DNA of 63,636 nucleotides, filler included, from Phoronis australis (GCA_002633005.1; 10 parts of 10 records of this genome joined end to end with filler, not necessarily neighbours in it), one strand, 5' to 3'; shown: positions 50,251 through 63,636, counted from the first letter of the whole stretch. Notes: generated by a model from the letters alone, not told the origin. A program made the numbers and translations.

Positions 50251-50837
50251 TAAGGGAAATAACGACTGAGAACATATATTAAACTATATTAAATACTGAA
50301 CGAGAAATATTGCAATGAAGTGATCTGAATTTCTCTACTTGCCTCAGATTTCTGCTTTCTGTGTCAGAGGCCAGAGGTCGGGGGTTTGTGACCTTTTAAG
50401 AAACTCCGAGTCATTCTTGTTAAAATAATGTTATACTTTTTACTTAGAACCAATTGAATATTTAAACAAAATAGAAATAGAATTAAAGTGAATATATGAA
50501 ATAAGTTTTAAGCAAATAGGCTTGTTTACTACACATCTTATCATGCTAAGCTTCCACCGTGAAAATAATCGTCTGCTAAAGTAGGTTACCACTGGTTATT
50601 GAGTATAATGTCTAAGTCAAATATTCCCATTGACATGTTACCCACACTGGAGATCGATGATTTACAAGTGAGAGAAAATGACAGATAAGTTTTTCTGATT
50701 AATTAAAGATGTCGTTTTTACTGAACTTGTACATCATGTTTTTACAGCCTAAAGAATGTCTGAAAAATGTGATTTGTTGCACATGCGATAATTGCGCGTC
50801 CTCATTCAATTATTCAATTTCCGTGTAAGGTGACATC

Positions 50838-50915
50838 AGCTGCTTAATAGCTCAGTGGTTAAGGCGATAGCCGTCGATACACTAAACTTGAGTAAAGCAT
50901 ATTCAAATCCGGTCT
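50838..50915 (+). mobile_element. Degenerate tRNA-derived SINE head
   Basis: A box TAGCTCAGTGG (50848-50858) and a decayed B box ATTCAAATCC (50901-50910). No cloverleaf. Confidence 0.4.
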
Positions 50916-51078
50916 ATGCATGTGCAGAGAACTCCAGCAAATGTCAATTACAACTTCATTGTCCTATGCATGTGCAGGAAACTGGGAGTTTTGCACATTC
51001 TTTTTCTGGTTTGGCAGGCTTTATTGATTATATTCAAGATATGTTTGATGTGAGAAATTAAATATTATCATGATGTGA

Positions 51079-51785
<707 letters not shown>

Positions 51786-51884
51786 GTAAGTACAGTCACT
51801 TTACCAAAAGCCAAACATCAGACATGAACCATTAAAAGGAAACTTCAACTTTTGAACAAGACGACTTAAAATCTGGTTTCATTA

Positions 51885-52000
51885 CGGAAATGAAAAAAAA
51901 ACACAGTGAAAGTGTCACACAGGAAAAACTGCAAGTACCACAGACTCGAACTCACAACCTGGCAGATAGAGCGCGCGTGCTTTACCACTGCACCACCACG
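51885..52000 (-). mobile_element. tRNA-derived SINE-like head
   Basis: The minus strand reads GTGGTGCAGTGGTAAAGCACGCGCGCTC...GGTTGTGAGTTCGAGTCTGTGG (A and B boxes), followed by a T-rich tract. Confidence 0.55.
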
Positions 52001-52745
52001 ATTTAACTCTTAAAATGTAATACTAAGAGACCTACTTGTTTATGATCCACAGCGTTTGCGCGCGAAACCTCTTTCTTTTTGTAATGCTTATTACGTGTTT
52101 TATATTTTGTGCAATCAGTTCGTAACAAATTTATTGTATTTAAAATAGTCTTCAATTACCCAAAAGACCAAATCCGTTTTTTGTGTTGGCAATAATGACA
52201 CGATTGCTTTGGAAATCGGTTTGACAAAGAGAATTATGAGATTCTGACTGATTCACTAAGGCTTCGTTTAAAATTGACATCTTACCAGCTGGTTCTGTTT
52301 TTTCATCATCACTCAGATTCAATTTTCTTTAAAAAATGAAGTATTTTTCTTCATTGCACAGTGGAGCAGACGACAGAAACGGAGTCATAGTGCCCAGCGC
52401 CACTGCCGGTCGCCTGGGATATCGCGGGAGATCCTGCACTTAGCCATAGTTCGGTCGCGATTGCGCCATGTTCCACAATTGACACTTGAAATTTTATCTG
52501 AGCCCCCCCCACCAAACACTAAAATTGCACACATTTAAATCGTGTTTCAGCCATATAATTTTAATTACTGGGGTTAATTAATAAACTCAACATTTCCCGA
52601 TGCTCTTGCTGTTTTATTTTTTTGCAGCAGCCAGGGGGGGGGGGGNNNNNNNNNNNNNNNNNNNNNNNNNNNNNNNNNNNNNNNNNNNNTTAATTAATTA
52701 ANNNNNNNNNNNNNNNNNNNNNNNNNNNNNNNNNNNNNNNNNNNN

Positions 52746-53207
52746 TCAGTATGAACGGTTAACTTCGGTCCTAGATCGAAGTTAACAGCGCCATTTAACG
52801 TCGCAGTAAACATGTAGATTTTACAGCGGAATGTCGACGCTGCGGTGCAGTATGAGCGATCAACTTCGGTCCCATAAAAGGTATCGCCAGGTGCCAATGT
52901 TATCATCAACAATTAAAGGATAATGTCGTCGCTAATAGTTCCTTATAATTTGCACGAATAGGCCTAATCACCAACTGAATTAAAAATAAGTTTATGTGAA
53001 TTAGCACATGTAAACTTTCTCAAATTGTCACATTAAAAAGCTTTAGCATGCAGCACTACCTTGCGATTACTTATATGATAACAGCGTCACCTACCGTTTA
53101 CTTCGATGTCCGTCAACTACCGAAGCCGGTATGAACGGTTTTAGTTAACTTCTCAGTTTACGTCGACGCTCCGCTCAGACCGGAGCTTACGTCAGTATGA
53201 AAAGGCC
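52746..53207. mobile_element. Harbinger-like MITE, one terminus only
   Basis: Ends in CGTCAGTATGAAAAGGCC|TTA, with the CAGTATGAAC motif repeated internally. The other end is lost at the linker. Confidence 0.5.
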
Positions 53208-54903
53208 TTATGATACAAGCTATTTACGTCGTATTTTTGCAAGCTAATTATACATGTTCAGTTGAGGCAACTAAGAATAGGAAAATAGGACCGAGTGAAC
53301 TTCTTGTAATGCTTCGTAAGCAGAAACTACGAGAGAGGCAAGATTTTTTATTTTAGTTTATGAACAAGTTAAGAATGACTGAACAAATTATTATAAGGTT
53401 AGTTTTTGGAGAGATGCAAATTGGCTGCCACGGAGTGCCAAATTTGGCCGAAAATGGCTTCAATGAAAACCTTCAAAATAGCCATTTTGGCCACACAAAA
53501 TCAAAGCATAAAAATTTGAAAGTGAATTATGAAAGTTGTGCCACTGAATTATTCCATCATAGTCCTTTCAAACCCTATCACTCATTTGTTATCAGCAAGT
53601 AAAATGCATTCAAACATGTCTACTGCGGCGCTCAATTTTGTTGCACGAAATGGCATGCCATAAAAAGAGAAATAATGGATGGAAATTCTTAAAAATATAT
53701 CTTATGCATCTTCGCAATGAATGAAAAATGTGATTGCATTTCTTTAAACTCATACGATTATTAATAACAACATGGCCACTATTTTTGTTGCATTTTCAGA
53801 AAATTCTTCGAAGATTGACAATATACTTTAATATTATTAACCATTCACATTTCTAGTTAACCATAGGTGTCCATTCTGGAGAGGTAGTAGCCGGGGTCAT
53901 AGGCAAGAAGCTTCCCAGATATTGCCTANCAACTTAAGCAGTCGGACAGAAACCACAGGTGTATCAAACAAGGTGAACATTTCTGAAGATACGTACAGGT
54001 ATGACGTAACGCTTTAGTTAAAGGCACAGGAAACTATACTTTTGAGTGTCTTTGTGTTTTTTTGTCATTTCTCAGCCTGTACTTTTCGTTCAAACTAATC
54101 ATCTATGTGTCAACCTCCTGATAAAAGAAACTTCACTCACATAATCAACAATTAAAGCTAACCACGTTTCTACTGCTGTTTCAATCAGACGGAGAGGCTC
54201 TTTCTCTATCAACCCACAAATCTGAAGGCGTCTCAACTTATTGAGAGCTACGCCACGCAGCATACTTCCTTTGTAAGGATCCTTAATGCTGTGTGAAATT
54301 TTGTTGAATTGAGTAAAACAAAGTCTGGAGGCACGGGTGAACGTTAGGGTAGAATTTGGAAACACAGTATTTTCTGTTTCTGTTTCTGTGGTGACGTCAG
54401 AAGGTAGGCACCGGGATAGTCTCTGTCCCTCCTCCTTGTAGTATCGCACGTAATGTGTATTTGGAGATGCAACCAAGTTCGTGCTGGTTACACACTCTTC
54501 GATCTTTTCCCCTGATACGAGTTCTTGCTGCATCTCCGTATTGCCACCAGCCGAGTGCGTCAGCCTTCCCTGCCAGTACAAAGCCTCTCCCTCACCAAGA
54601 CTTCTATGTTTTACCTATCCGTGGTAACACACATAAACTGGATACCCTTGCGGCTCCAGTTTAATTGCATAGAGGATCTTGGAGCAAGTTGGAGCCCTAA
54701 AGGTGCAGTGTGCATGACCCACCGGCGTGTCAGTGGACACGCTCTGGCACTCATCATTCCAACCCCCAGCTATGGATTAAATAGTGTTGGATGTCAGTAA
54801 TCANNNNNNNNNNNNNNNNNNNNNNNNNNNNNNNNNNNNNNNNNNNNTTAATTAATTAANNNNNNNNNNNNNNNNNNNNNNNNNNNNNNNNNNNNNNNNN
54901 NNN

Positions 54904-55228
54904 TCTTAAATTTGGATAGGCATTATCGGCTCAAGTCCACTATACCTTCTTAAATTTAGATAGACACCATCGTCTCAAGTCCACCACACCTTCTTAAATT
55001 TGGATTGACACTATCGTATCAAGTCCACTATAACTTCTTAAATTTGGATAGACACTATCGGATCAATTCCACTATAACTTCTTAAATTTGGATTGACACT
55101 ATCGTATCAAGTCCACTATAACTTCTTAAATTTGGATAGACACCATCGTCTCAAGTCCACTACACCTTCTTAAATTTAGATAGACACTATCGGCTCAAGT
55201 CCACTATACCTTCTAAAATTTGGATAGA
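54904..55228. repeat. 44-bp minisatellite, about 7.4 copies
   Basis: Unit TCTTAAATTTGGATAGACACTATCGGCTCAAGTCCACTATACCT starting at 54904, 54948, 54992, 55036, 55080, 55124, 55168 and 55212. There are no spacers. Confidence 0.9.
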
Positions 55229-56304
55229 TGATATGATTCCTATCTCACGTTTCTGTCACAGGGTCTACAGTTGTAAATGAGTAATGGATTTGGGAGAAAA
55301 CTATTAAGCGCAAGTTCCGTTTAGGAAGACCACACTTTTGCGTAAATATTCGGACACAGACAACACCCAGAACATGGGGCCATTTTGTTGAAATAATCTC
55401 TAAAAAGCCATGAAGTAATTTGCTAAATGGTTGATGATCATGATATGATGTATATAAAAAGTGTAGGGTACGTTAAATGGTTGTCATGGCTGTAAAGCTA
55501 GATGCTGCACTGTTTTGGTGGAAGCCTCCCATTTGGCGTACGCTACTGTCTAATGGTTAAAAAAAAAAACGTTCCGTGGGTTAGTTGGAGTCGAGGGCAA
55601 GGATCTCAGCAACAAGTGTGAAATAGACCACCCCGGTTGCCATGGCCTTATAGGCCTCCTTCGTATCCTTACAGCTGTTTATCTGGTCCATCGTCTGTCT
55701 AGCCTTTATTACTAAGTGATGTTTGTGTTGAGATCTCTTTTGTTGGCGAAGCTCGAACTCCACTTTGGCTAAAGATTGTTCGGTTTTCTGAAACACAACG
55801 CAGGAGAGTTAAAGCTGCATTTCGCCGCTGTTTAGTTGTCAATGTTGAAGCGCTCTGGGTTTAAAAAAACATTCCCGCGTTCGTCCGATTATGAATTATT
55901 GCTGTAATTCGATCTTCACGTTTTAACATGATAAACAGGATGAAATGCAGCTTTACATTTGTCATGTTCATAAATAATTTTCAGTTGAACCTTATTATTG
56001 AAGGTATGGCAAAAACAAACAGTAATTAGCGTATCGAATGAGAAACACAACCATAATTATGAATATAACCGTGACGTATACGGGATTTAGATCTTGTCGG
56101 CGTTCACGTGCCCTGTCAGTCGACCAGAAGGCAGATCGGATGTCTGATCCACCGTCTAAAAAAGTGAGACGTTGAATACTCGCTTCTTATAGTCCAACAC
56201 CAAATAAGAGTGGGCCTACTGAGAGTGAAGGGAAATTGGTGATTGTGTGTCTCTCTTGTATAAATGTCGTAATTTTATTTAAGACCAACATAATTTATAA
56301 TATC

Positions 56305-56971
56305 ACGTTCCGGTTTCAACTCCATGTTAACTAAAGTGGTTTCCTTTGTAGGACTCGACACCAAGTCTTACACGTCACATAGCTTTCGCATTGGCGCCGC
56401 CCCATCAGCGGCCAGCCGTGGCGTCCCTGAACCGGTGATTCAGCGCATGGGGCGCTGGAAATCTGACGCACTAAAAAACTACATTCGCATGTCTGCTTTT
56501 TCCTCTTCCCCAGGCTTCCTGAACTCCTGGTGAGCCTGTTGTTGCAGCTCCCCACTTCTCTCACTTTGCTTTTCAGCCCCCCGGGGTCTGTGGTTTCAGC
56601 CCCCTTGGTCAGGTCTGTTGTTGCAGCCGGCCTCCTCCCGTTCGCAGGGGTGTTGTTGCAGCCTGCGGCCAAAGGTCTGTAGTTGCAGGCTTTCAATTTC
56701 TAGTCATTAGTTCTAGTTACCTTTACTTCCATTGTTGCATTTTGCTTAGCGGTTTGTTATATTCTAGTTTTTTATATTGTAGTTTTTTTATGTTCTAGAC
56801 TTTTGTATTCAAGTTTTCCGTTATACCGTTATTAGTACCTATCTTTTCTCATAGTCTAACCTTGTTATTACTCGGGTTCCGCTTCCTCGGATGGGCGATG
56901 TCAGCATTCCAATGCTGCCATTATGGCGTTTTCTCCATGCCATCTCAGTTGCAGAGTCTTATTTAGTTTTA
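56305..56971 (+). mobile_element. Tyrosine-recombinase transposon relic (DIRS/Ngaro-like; Crypton not excluded)
   Basis: The ORF 56324-56533 reads YTSHSFRIGAAPSAASRGVPEPVIQRMGRWKSDALKNYIR, carrying the HxxR, W and Y catalytic end of a YR. It starts abruptly in AT-rich DNA and is followed by CTGTTGTTGCAG subrepeats. Confidence 0.8.
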
Positions 56972-57071
56972 NNNNNNNNNNNNNNNNNNNNNNNNNNNNN
57001 NNNNNNNNNNNNNNNTTAATTAATTAANNNNNNNNNNNNNNNNNNNNNNNNNNNNNNNNNNNNNNNNNNNN

Positions 57072-57765
57072 TTTTAAAAACAAAGGCATATGTATATTGC
57101 TAATGCACGTTATTCTGCAGCCACTTGTGTGGTCAGTTGCTACACTTGTAGCTATTTCAACAGAGCGAGTTCTTGCTGTATTCCTGCCTCAAAACTACAA
57201 CTTTCTGTCCAAAAGTAGAGCAGCTCTAATGGTTCTGTCTTTGTGGACCGTGTTCAGCATACCGGTCTTTGGTTGTACTATAATGGCTTCAGTGGAGACC
57301 TACAATGGAAATAAACGGTGCACGACTGGGCGCCAATATGACAAAGGATGGGAGACAGCGTTGTTTTGGTTCATGTCCGTTATTCCAATATCCATTGCAA
57401 TACTTCAGTATGGTTTAGTAATAGGGAAACTGAAGCTGCAAAAGAGAAAAATTATACCCCAAAATCTACGCCTATACAAACGTGAAGTTAGGACCACCCG
57501 TGCAATGGCGCTGATTCTGTTTTTCTTTGTAGCGTGCATGCTTCCGTTTTATTTGTTAGATGTCCTGCTGGATCTTACGAAGAATAATACGGGCCTGGCT
57601 AGGGATGTTCTGATTGATGTTTCTATAATGTTATGGCATGCCAACTCTTTCATTAATCCAGTATTGTATGCGTTTTCAAATGACGCATTCAAAAATAACC
57701 TGAAGCGGATGTGCGCTTTTGTTTGGACTCGGTCATCATCAGGCCAGATGTTTGTACCTCAGTAA
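57072..57765 (+). CDS. Rhodopsin-like (class A) GPCR, TM3-TM7, 5' end truncated by the linker
   Basis: SVATLVAISTERVLAV (DRY-equivalent ERV), TM4 W..S.P, ECL2 Cys, TM5 P...Y, TM6 FVACMLP, TM7 NSFINPVLY and helix 8 (NDAFK). No introns in the visible part. Confidence 0.9.
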
Positions 57766-58313
57766 AAACGAGATCTCCCGGTGAAGTGCATTGAGTTCCA
57801 CCGAGGCAAGAATCTCGCGAATAGTGTGGCCAGGCTCACGTCTGTCTTAATTCCCTTGGCAATGACGACGATATTGCGCGAAGCCTTCGTGAGGCTTGCG
57901 TTTTCGCGAGCTTCACTCCGTATACGCAACACTCTACGCTAACTAAACAAGTTTTTTTGAGAACGCCTGCATATTGCATTAATTAATTCATACGAATGTA
58001 TTGTTGCTGTGCCATGACATGGATGAATCCGGAAGTGGCAATCCGCCGGCAACGCGTTCTGTCAGGAACACGTACGTAATTGCACTCCGCCGGTCATACT
58101 GAATTAAATTTATGATAGTGCTTAGTTAGTCGTCGCCAATGGCGGATTTAGAGGGGGGCCAAGGGAGCCATGTCCCCCCTAAAATTCTCCCAGATTCCAT
58201 TTGGCAGTTCGGGGGTGCGAATGTCTGACGAGCAAAATCCTGGCTAATACTCTGCCCTGGTCCCCCCTAACTCAAAATCCTGGATCCGCCCCTGGTCGCT
58301 GTATAACAATTAA

Positions 58314-58641
58314 AAGAGTATGCCACCCAAAAAACAACCCATTTTGTATCAATTTAGATCGAGTAGTTCTACTCGATAACGGCACGTTCGGTTGCGTTAC
58401 CTGACACCTGACGGCAGACGGAGGCCAGTGTTGAAATTATCCAATGACGTAATTGGTTTCACACGTAGTCTGCTCAGCACTTCACAACACGGGTTACTGG
58501 TGTCAGGTTATCGCTTGAATTCATCGTTTAACACCAATAAATAATCGAACTTCGATGTAAAACCCTTAAAAATACACCGAGTTCTTATAAAAACGTGTTG
58601 TTTTCATTTATTTCGCTGTTACGGATTTATTTTTATTTGGC
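58314..58641. mobile_element. Truncated second copy (left end) of the Kolobok-like element
   Basis: TTAA|AAGAGTATGCCACCC... is highly similar to 41600-41925. Confidence 0.85.
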
Positions 58642-59383
58642 ACTTATCGGTTTAGCCATTTGAGGCTTGGCGAGGAGACTCAGTAGTTTTTTGCCAGCAT
58701 TCTAGAGTAGGCCTAACGTTCAGTCCAACCCTACCCTAGGACATCGACAAAAAGCAAGACTTCTTGAGTCACGTGACATGTTGTCGTACGGTGTATTTTA
58801 AAACTGGAGAACTCGTGACTTTGGCTGTCGCGAGGCCGTCCATCTACTGAATTCAAAGAACTGAAGCCCAGCTGGAATGCCAATTCCCCAAGTGACCTTT
58901 GGATTAGTAGAGCTTGCGAGGCCGAGACAAGCCGCGAGTGGACTTAGAATGAACCCGAATGCCTGCCGGGCACAATCCTGGCTCACCGTCTGCCCTGCAG
59001 GTTCCCCCTAACTCAAAATATTGGATCCGCCTCTGCTATGACAATGAGATTCAAGTGTTTGGTTTCTTGTGTCGCTCTTGTTAGTGGTACAGGAACGCCG
59101 TCTACAACTTCAGCGCTCACTCACTAAGCCTCAACTGTCTAAACCGCCGATCAGTGCCATCTTGACGGGCGCCTGGGGACGACGCTGCCTGGTGAGAGCT
59201 TGCATCAATGACCTGTATCTAATTATTTTATCTCACTGCCACTGGCTTGCACTGTGAATTACCGGTTGTCTGCTCGACTGCATGACTGAGTTTGATCCGA
59301 GTGTTGAAGATTTCAAATGAGACCTAATTACATTTCTCACATGACCTGGAATGTGTTACGACACAACTGGTTAATATCAATGA

Positions 59384-60106
59384 GACTATAGTACTACATG
59401 GACCCCCAACTCCGTAGTACGGCTTTCAATGGACGAAATCTGCAGTCTTACGCCTTACGCAAAAGCCCCGACGTCATTGGCGTGCGTGAAGTTCAGTTAC
59501 GTTAGGACCCAGCTAAAATCTAGCTAAAGTCACGTGTTCTCACTTAAAATACACGGCAAATCGGCGGGTACTTGTCGCAACCGTACGTACTCCAGTCGGA
59601 AGGACATGCAAACTACTTCTTAAACGGACCCATCTTCGGGGCGAATTCCATATCCACGTTCATTCCAACCAGATAACAGATTCGCAACTCCGACATTTTC
59701 TTGTGTACTATTCAGAGGCGGCGCCACTCTCCTAAATTATAGTGGTGCAGCTTCCGTTTAGTGTATTGTGACGGGAAATTCTCGCGTCTATTTTACTGTC
59801 CAGTACAACGAAAAATAATAATTTGAGAATTGAAACGCTGTTCAAAGTCTTCCAACAAGTAGAAGTGTTGGTATAGTGAGTACTTTTAGCAATGCTACTA
59901 CCAAGGCCAAGGAGTGTACTAGTACACTCCTTGCTACTACCACGCAACCGCACAGCAGCCGGCCTTGATTAGCAGACGACGTTGGCCTACTAGCCGGATT
60001 GACCGGTGTACATGTAGCTATTGAAAATGACGTAACGGCTTGTGCAAAAGACCACAGATTTCGTCCATTGTAATTATACGGAGTTGGCGGTCCATATACT
60101 ATAGTC
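59384..60106. mobile_element. MITE with long imperfect TIRs
   Basis: GACTATAGTACTACATGGACCCCCAACTCCGTA...CAATGGACGAAATCTG is inverted at about 60048-60106 (CAGATTTCGTCCATTG...TACGGAGTTGGCGGTCCATATACTATAGTC). Confidence 0.7.
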
Positions 60107-61651
60107 AAGCGGAGACGAGCCCCAACTCAGTAGAGAAAAGCGGCGAAACTCTCTAGCTGTGCTTTCGCGCGGGAAGCCTTGCTGATTGTTATTCATAAAC
60201 ATTTTTTAGGTTTAATATTACAATTTCAAAGACTATTTATTAGATTCTAACTTGAATATTTGCTACAAAAGCTGAATGCAATTTACAATTGTTGAGCTTA
60301 AAATAAATTATTAACAAAAAGTAACTGAATTACTTATTTTTTGTGTTTTACTAAAGTTGCGTCATGTGCCCGTGATTGAAAGTTTTAGACACGTCGAGTT
60401 TTTCCGCAAAAAAGGTATTTTTTATGGTTCATGTGGGAAAACAAATCCTACACTCGTCTCAGATTGATGACATGGGCAAAACCTCTTGAAAATTTCGTCA
60501 AAATCCCTCGGCAAGCCTTGGGATTTTGACGAAATTTCCACAAGATTTTGCCTATATCATAAACCTGAGACTGTGCAGTATTCTCTGTTTTCATTTCGTC
60601 GTTTTTCTTCATAACTGAATCATCAAACGACACTTTTGAACAGACAACTAGCGATTTCGCGGCAAAATTCATGCACGCACCCAGCATAAAATATAGGGGG
60701 CTCGAATTTCTCGGTATGGGGACCTTTTACTGAACAAATTCAACGAGGACTAAAAAATGGGACCACTAGGTTCAGGCCTACGAATTGTGCATCTGCCCCG
60801 ATTTCCTGTGTCCCTTGTGGACTTTTGTGTCGTTTACTGGGACTTTTTTCACTGAGAGGGACCTTTTTGTGCAATTCGCCAAATCGGGGAGCCCCCCCCC
60901 CCCGGGTGCGCCCATGAAATTAGTGATCCTGGCTGGATTTTACGAATAGTCTGGTCTCCGGTATCTTTTTAGGTCCAGTCATAGAGTAAACAACCTGTAA
61001 AAGTATGTTTTGGGGTTTTCAACAAGACTCTTTTGTATGTTGAAATCATGTTACAGTAACGGAAGAAGTGACATTTAGTTTCTAGCAGTGTTTGATCTGG
61101 GATTACAGATGAAATGTTAACTTCGTAAAACTACTCATTTGCGTAGCTAAGTGTGTGTTTCTGAATATGCATGTGTTATTATTGTGTTCTATTGTTTCGT
61201 TACGAATTCGCTTGTTCAATGTTGTTGCCGAGATAGTTTCTATTCGATTTCTGAGCAATAAATGTTGTTTGTGGTAACCTGAACACGTGAAATAAAATTT
61301 TTAAAAAACGAAAAGTTGCCTTGTAAAGAATCCAGTCCAATAGTTTTGTTATTTACAGCGTACCTGTACATTATACTTGTCAGTTGTCCCGCTCTTGGAA
61401 GACTGTCCCACTTTTTTAATTCGTGGGCCATCTTGGATGACAGCAACATAGGTTATGAGTTTTTTAAAAAAATCCTTGAAAGTATTTTCACAAATATTCT
61501 AAAAGTAAAATTTTGTGACGCTCATCATTATCTACCATTCTATTCAATACAAGAGTTTTCACCAGAGTTTAGATGCAATTTGTTGAGAAGTTGTTGTGCG
61601 CACACAATTCACGGTGGACTTTTTAATCACATTTCCGACGGCACCGACAAC

Positions 61652-61711
61652 ATGGCGACTTCTGCTGAACTGCCGAATGAAAGGCATGTCCAAACGATTA
61701 CATTGTCATCG
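61652..61711 (+). CDS. Possible first coding exon of an unidentified gene
   Basis: Strong start context caacATGGCG, then MATSAELPNERHVQTITLSS and a possible donor GTGAAT. No downstream exon was identified. Confidence 0.3.
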
Positions 61712-63636
61712 GTGAATATTTAAGTAAAAAACATTTGTAGATACGCTGGTACAAAAACGCGGTTTTGTATAATTTTCAGGTGTTTGTGCCATAACTATAA
61801 GGAATATTTCAACGTGCTCATTTAATTGACCATGCACTCTGCTAAAAATAGCTTTAATTGTTTTTTGTTTGAAAGTCAACTTTTCTTCAAGGAATGATTA
61901 TGTTACAATTGAACACATATTTTTTCTAAATTTCGTGAATAAGTTGTTTTTGATTCATGCTTAGTAACAAGTTATTTTCTACTTCAGGTGTTATCAAAGC
62001 AACATAACGTAAAAAAATAATTTATTTGCATATTTAGGCTACATTTTTATATTGAAGTGTGAAGCTTACATGAACCCTTCTGCCCCACAGCTTCACATTT
62101 TTCATTACCATGCAGTCGCCATGTTATCAATTATACATGTTCATTGTCATGAACTTAACGTGATTTTGGTTCTGCCTGTATTGCTGGAATTTCCTAAAGT
62201 ACATTCTAAGTTATTTATTATGGTAAAAGGATGTTTTTGGCTTGCACATTAATCAGATACTTAGACCACTTTAGATTTACTTTGCTTGATGTAACCCTTA
62301 GCTAAAATGAAAGTTTGAAGCCCGTGCGTCCAATATTTTTAAGAGATGACGTTTTTNNNNNNNNNNNNNNNNNNNNNNNNNNNNNNNNNNNNNNNNNNNN
62401 TTAATTAATTAANNNNNNNNNNNNNNNNNNNNNNNNNNNNNNNNNNNNNNNNNNNNAAATAAATATTAATAAAACATGAAATAAACAATAACAATAACAA
62501 ATTTGACAACAGTAATGTTGAATTTTACATAAACAATGACAAATTCAACAATAAGTGCATGATCATTACAAGTTATCGCACATCGCGACTTGCATTTCCA
62601 ACACTTCAGAAATAAAGTAGTGCTGAGGTGCGCTTGAAACCACCTAAGTGGACGACGACCTTCCAAAGCAAGCTCAGGAAATCTCGCTAAAATGATGCTA
62701 AGGTGGCGTCAACTCGACGATAATTAAGATGACCTTCAAGAAAATGTGGCTTACAGTTAATCACCCCCTCTCCCCCTCCCCCCTCCCCCCTTTGCTTTGC
62801 GCAAAATTCCTGAATTCACGAGGACATTCTTGGAAATCCAAATAAAAAGGTGTACTTTCCTCGTGAATAAGACATGTTATCATCAAATTTTCCCAATTGA
62901 ACCCGATAGAAGGAGGAATTTTTCTAAAATATCTTGGGACGTTTTCAGCGAACGAAATTCGATACATTTTCGAATCCAACAAATAATTATCAAGTTAATT
63001 TAGCGAGCCAGTGTTAAATGTATCGAGGTCGCTTCGGAACAAGTCTACGCCAGTATTAATCCCAAACAATTCGCTGGGTGGAGCTGTTTCAATCGACATA
63101 ATCTTAAATGAAAATGGACAATTTTCCATACATCCGAAATTTACTGAAATACCAGCGTAACTGTACATTGTATGTTCCTGTTGCTCTACTGCTTTCAGTA
63201 AAGTTTTAGACAATTAAGTTCGAGAGTTCACTTTATGTTCATTGCTTACACTGCTGGAAATAGTTTGAAATCCGTTGAAAAGTATTCATCCTCACTCATT
63301 GGTTGCCTGTTAGCATATTTAAGTATGCTGCCAATGTCTCTGGCGCATCAGAGGAGTAAAAAACACCAACAACGTCAGTCCTCAACAACAACAACCAAGA
63401 CAACAGCGACACTTAAAAACTAATTGTGCCATAAAATCTGACCAACCCCACTGAATTTTAGGTTGAAGAACTTACAATATCTGCAAATGTTAATTAAATT
63501 GTATTAGCAAGCATCCTTTAACATTTAAAAACGTTGCTGAAATTTCTTATTAACGATAGCCAAGCCGTAAATAATTCTTGGCGACTGCAATTCTTGTCGC
63601 GACCTCTGGCGATCACTTCCCAAACTTATGAACAGA

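Noticed and set aside
54099-54581. 160-aa minus-strand ORF
   Set aside because: No recognisable domain or splice structure. It may be a decayed element.
54904-55228. CRISPR-like array
   Set aside because: The 44-bp units are contiguous with no unique spacers, there are no cas genes, and the context is eukaryotic. It is a minisatellite.
55581-55796. 71-aa helical ORF
   Set aside because: It is short, starts at a non-ATG codon and matches no family I recognise.

Overview
Intron-rich animal DNA (invertebrate, probably lophotrochozoan by inference), not a prokaryotic locus. Nine identical 100-bp linkers (44 N + TTAATTAATTAA + 44 N) join ten separate contigs, so synteny across linkers is meaningless. 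I rebuilt spliced genes by hand from GT-AG boundaries and exon phases: the RPGRIP1L C-terminal exons (with a stray duplicated exon), a CABIT-domain THEMIS/GAREM-like adaptor, a nearly complete VPS28 with candidate 5' microexons, an ALMS1-like fragment, a short collagen-domain gene, two mitochondrial MetRS exons and a truncated class A GPCR. The rest is mostly mobile DNA: THAP-bearing Kolobok-like and ISL2EU-like elements, two MITE families with 5-bp TSDs, Harbinger and Tc1-type MITEs, Helentron-associated repeats (one with an array of CTCF-like motifs), LINE and tyrosine-recombinase relics, tRNA-derived SINE heads, and a 149-bp LTR with an internal tRNA-like Pol III promoter. No wholly new system can be proven from the sequence. 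The best leads are the tRNA-in-LTR element, the CTCF-like motif array, the THAP-retaining transposons and the VPS28 microexons. Family assignments come from remembered motifs, not database searches.
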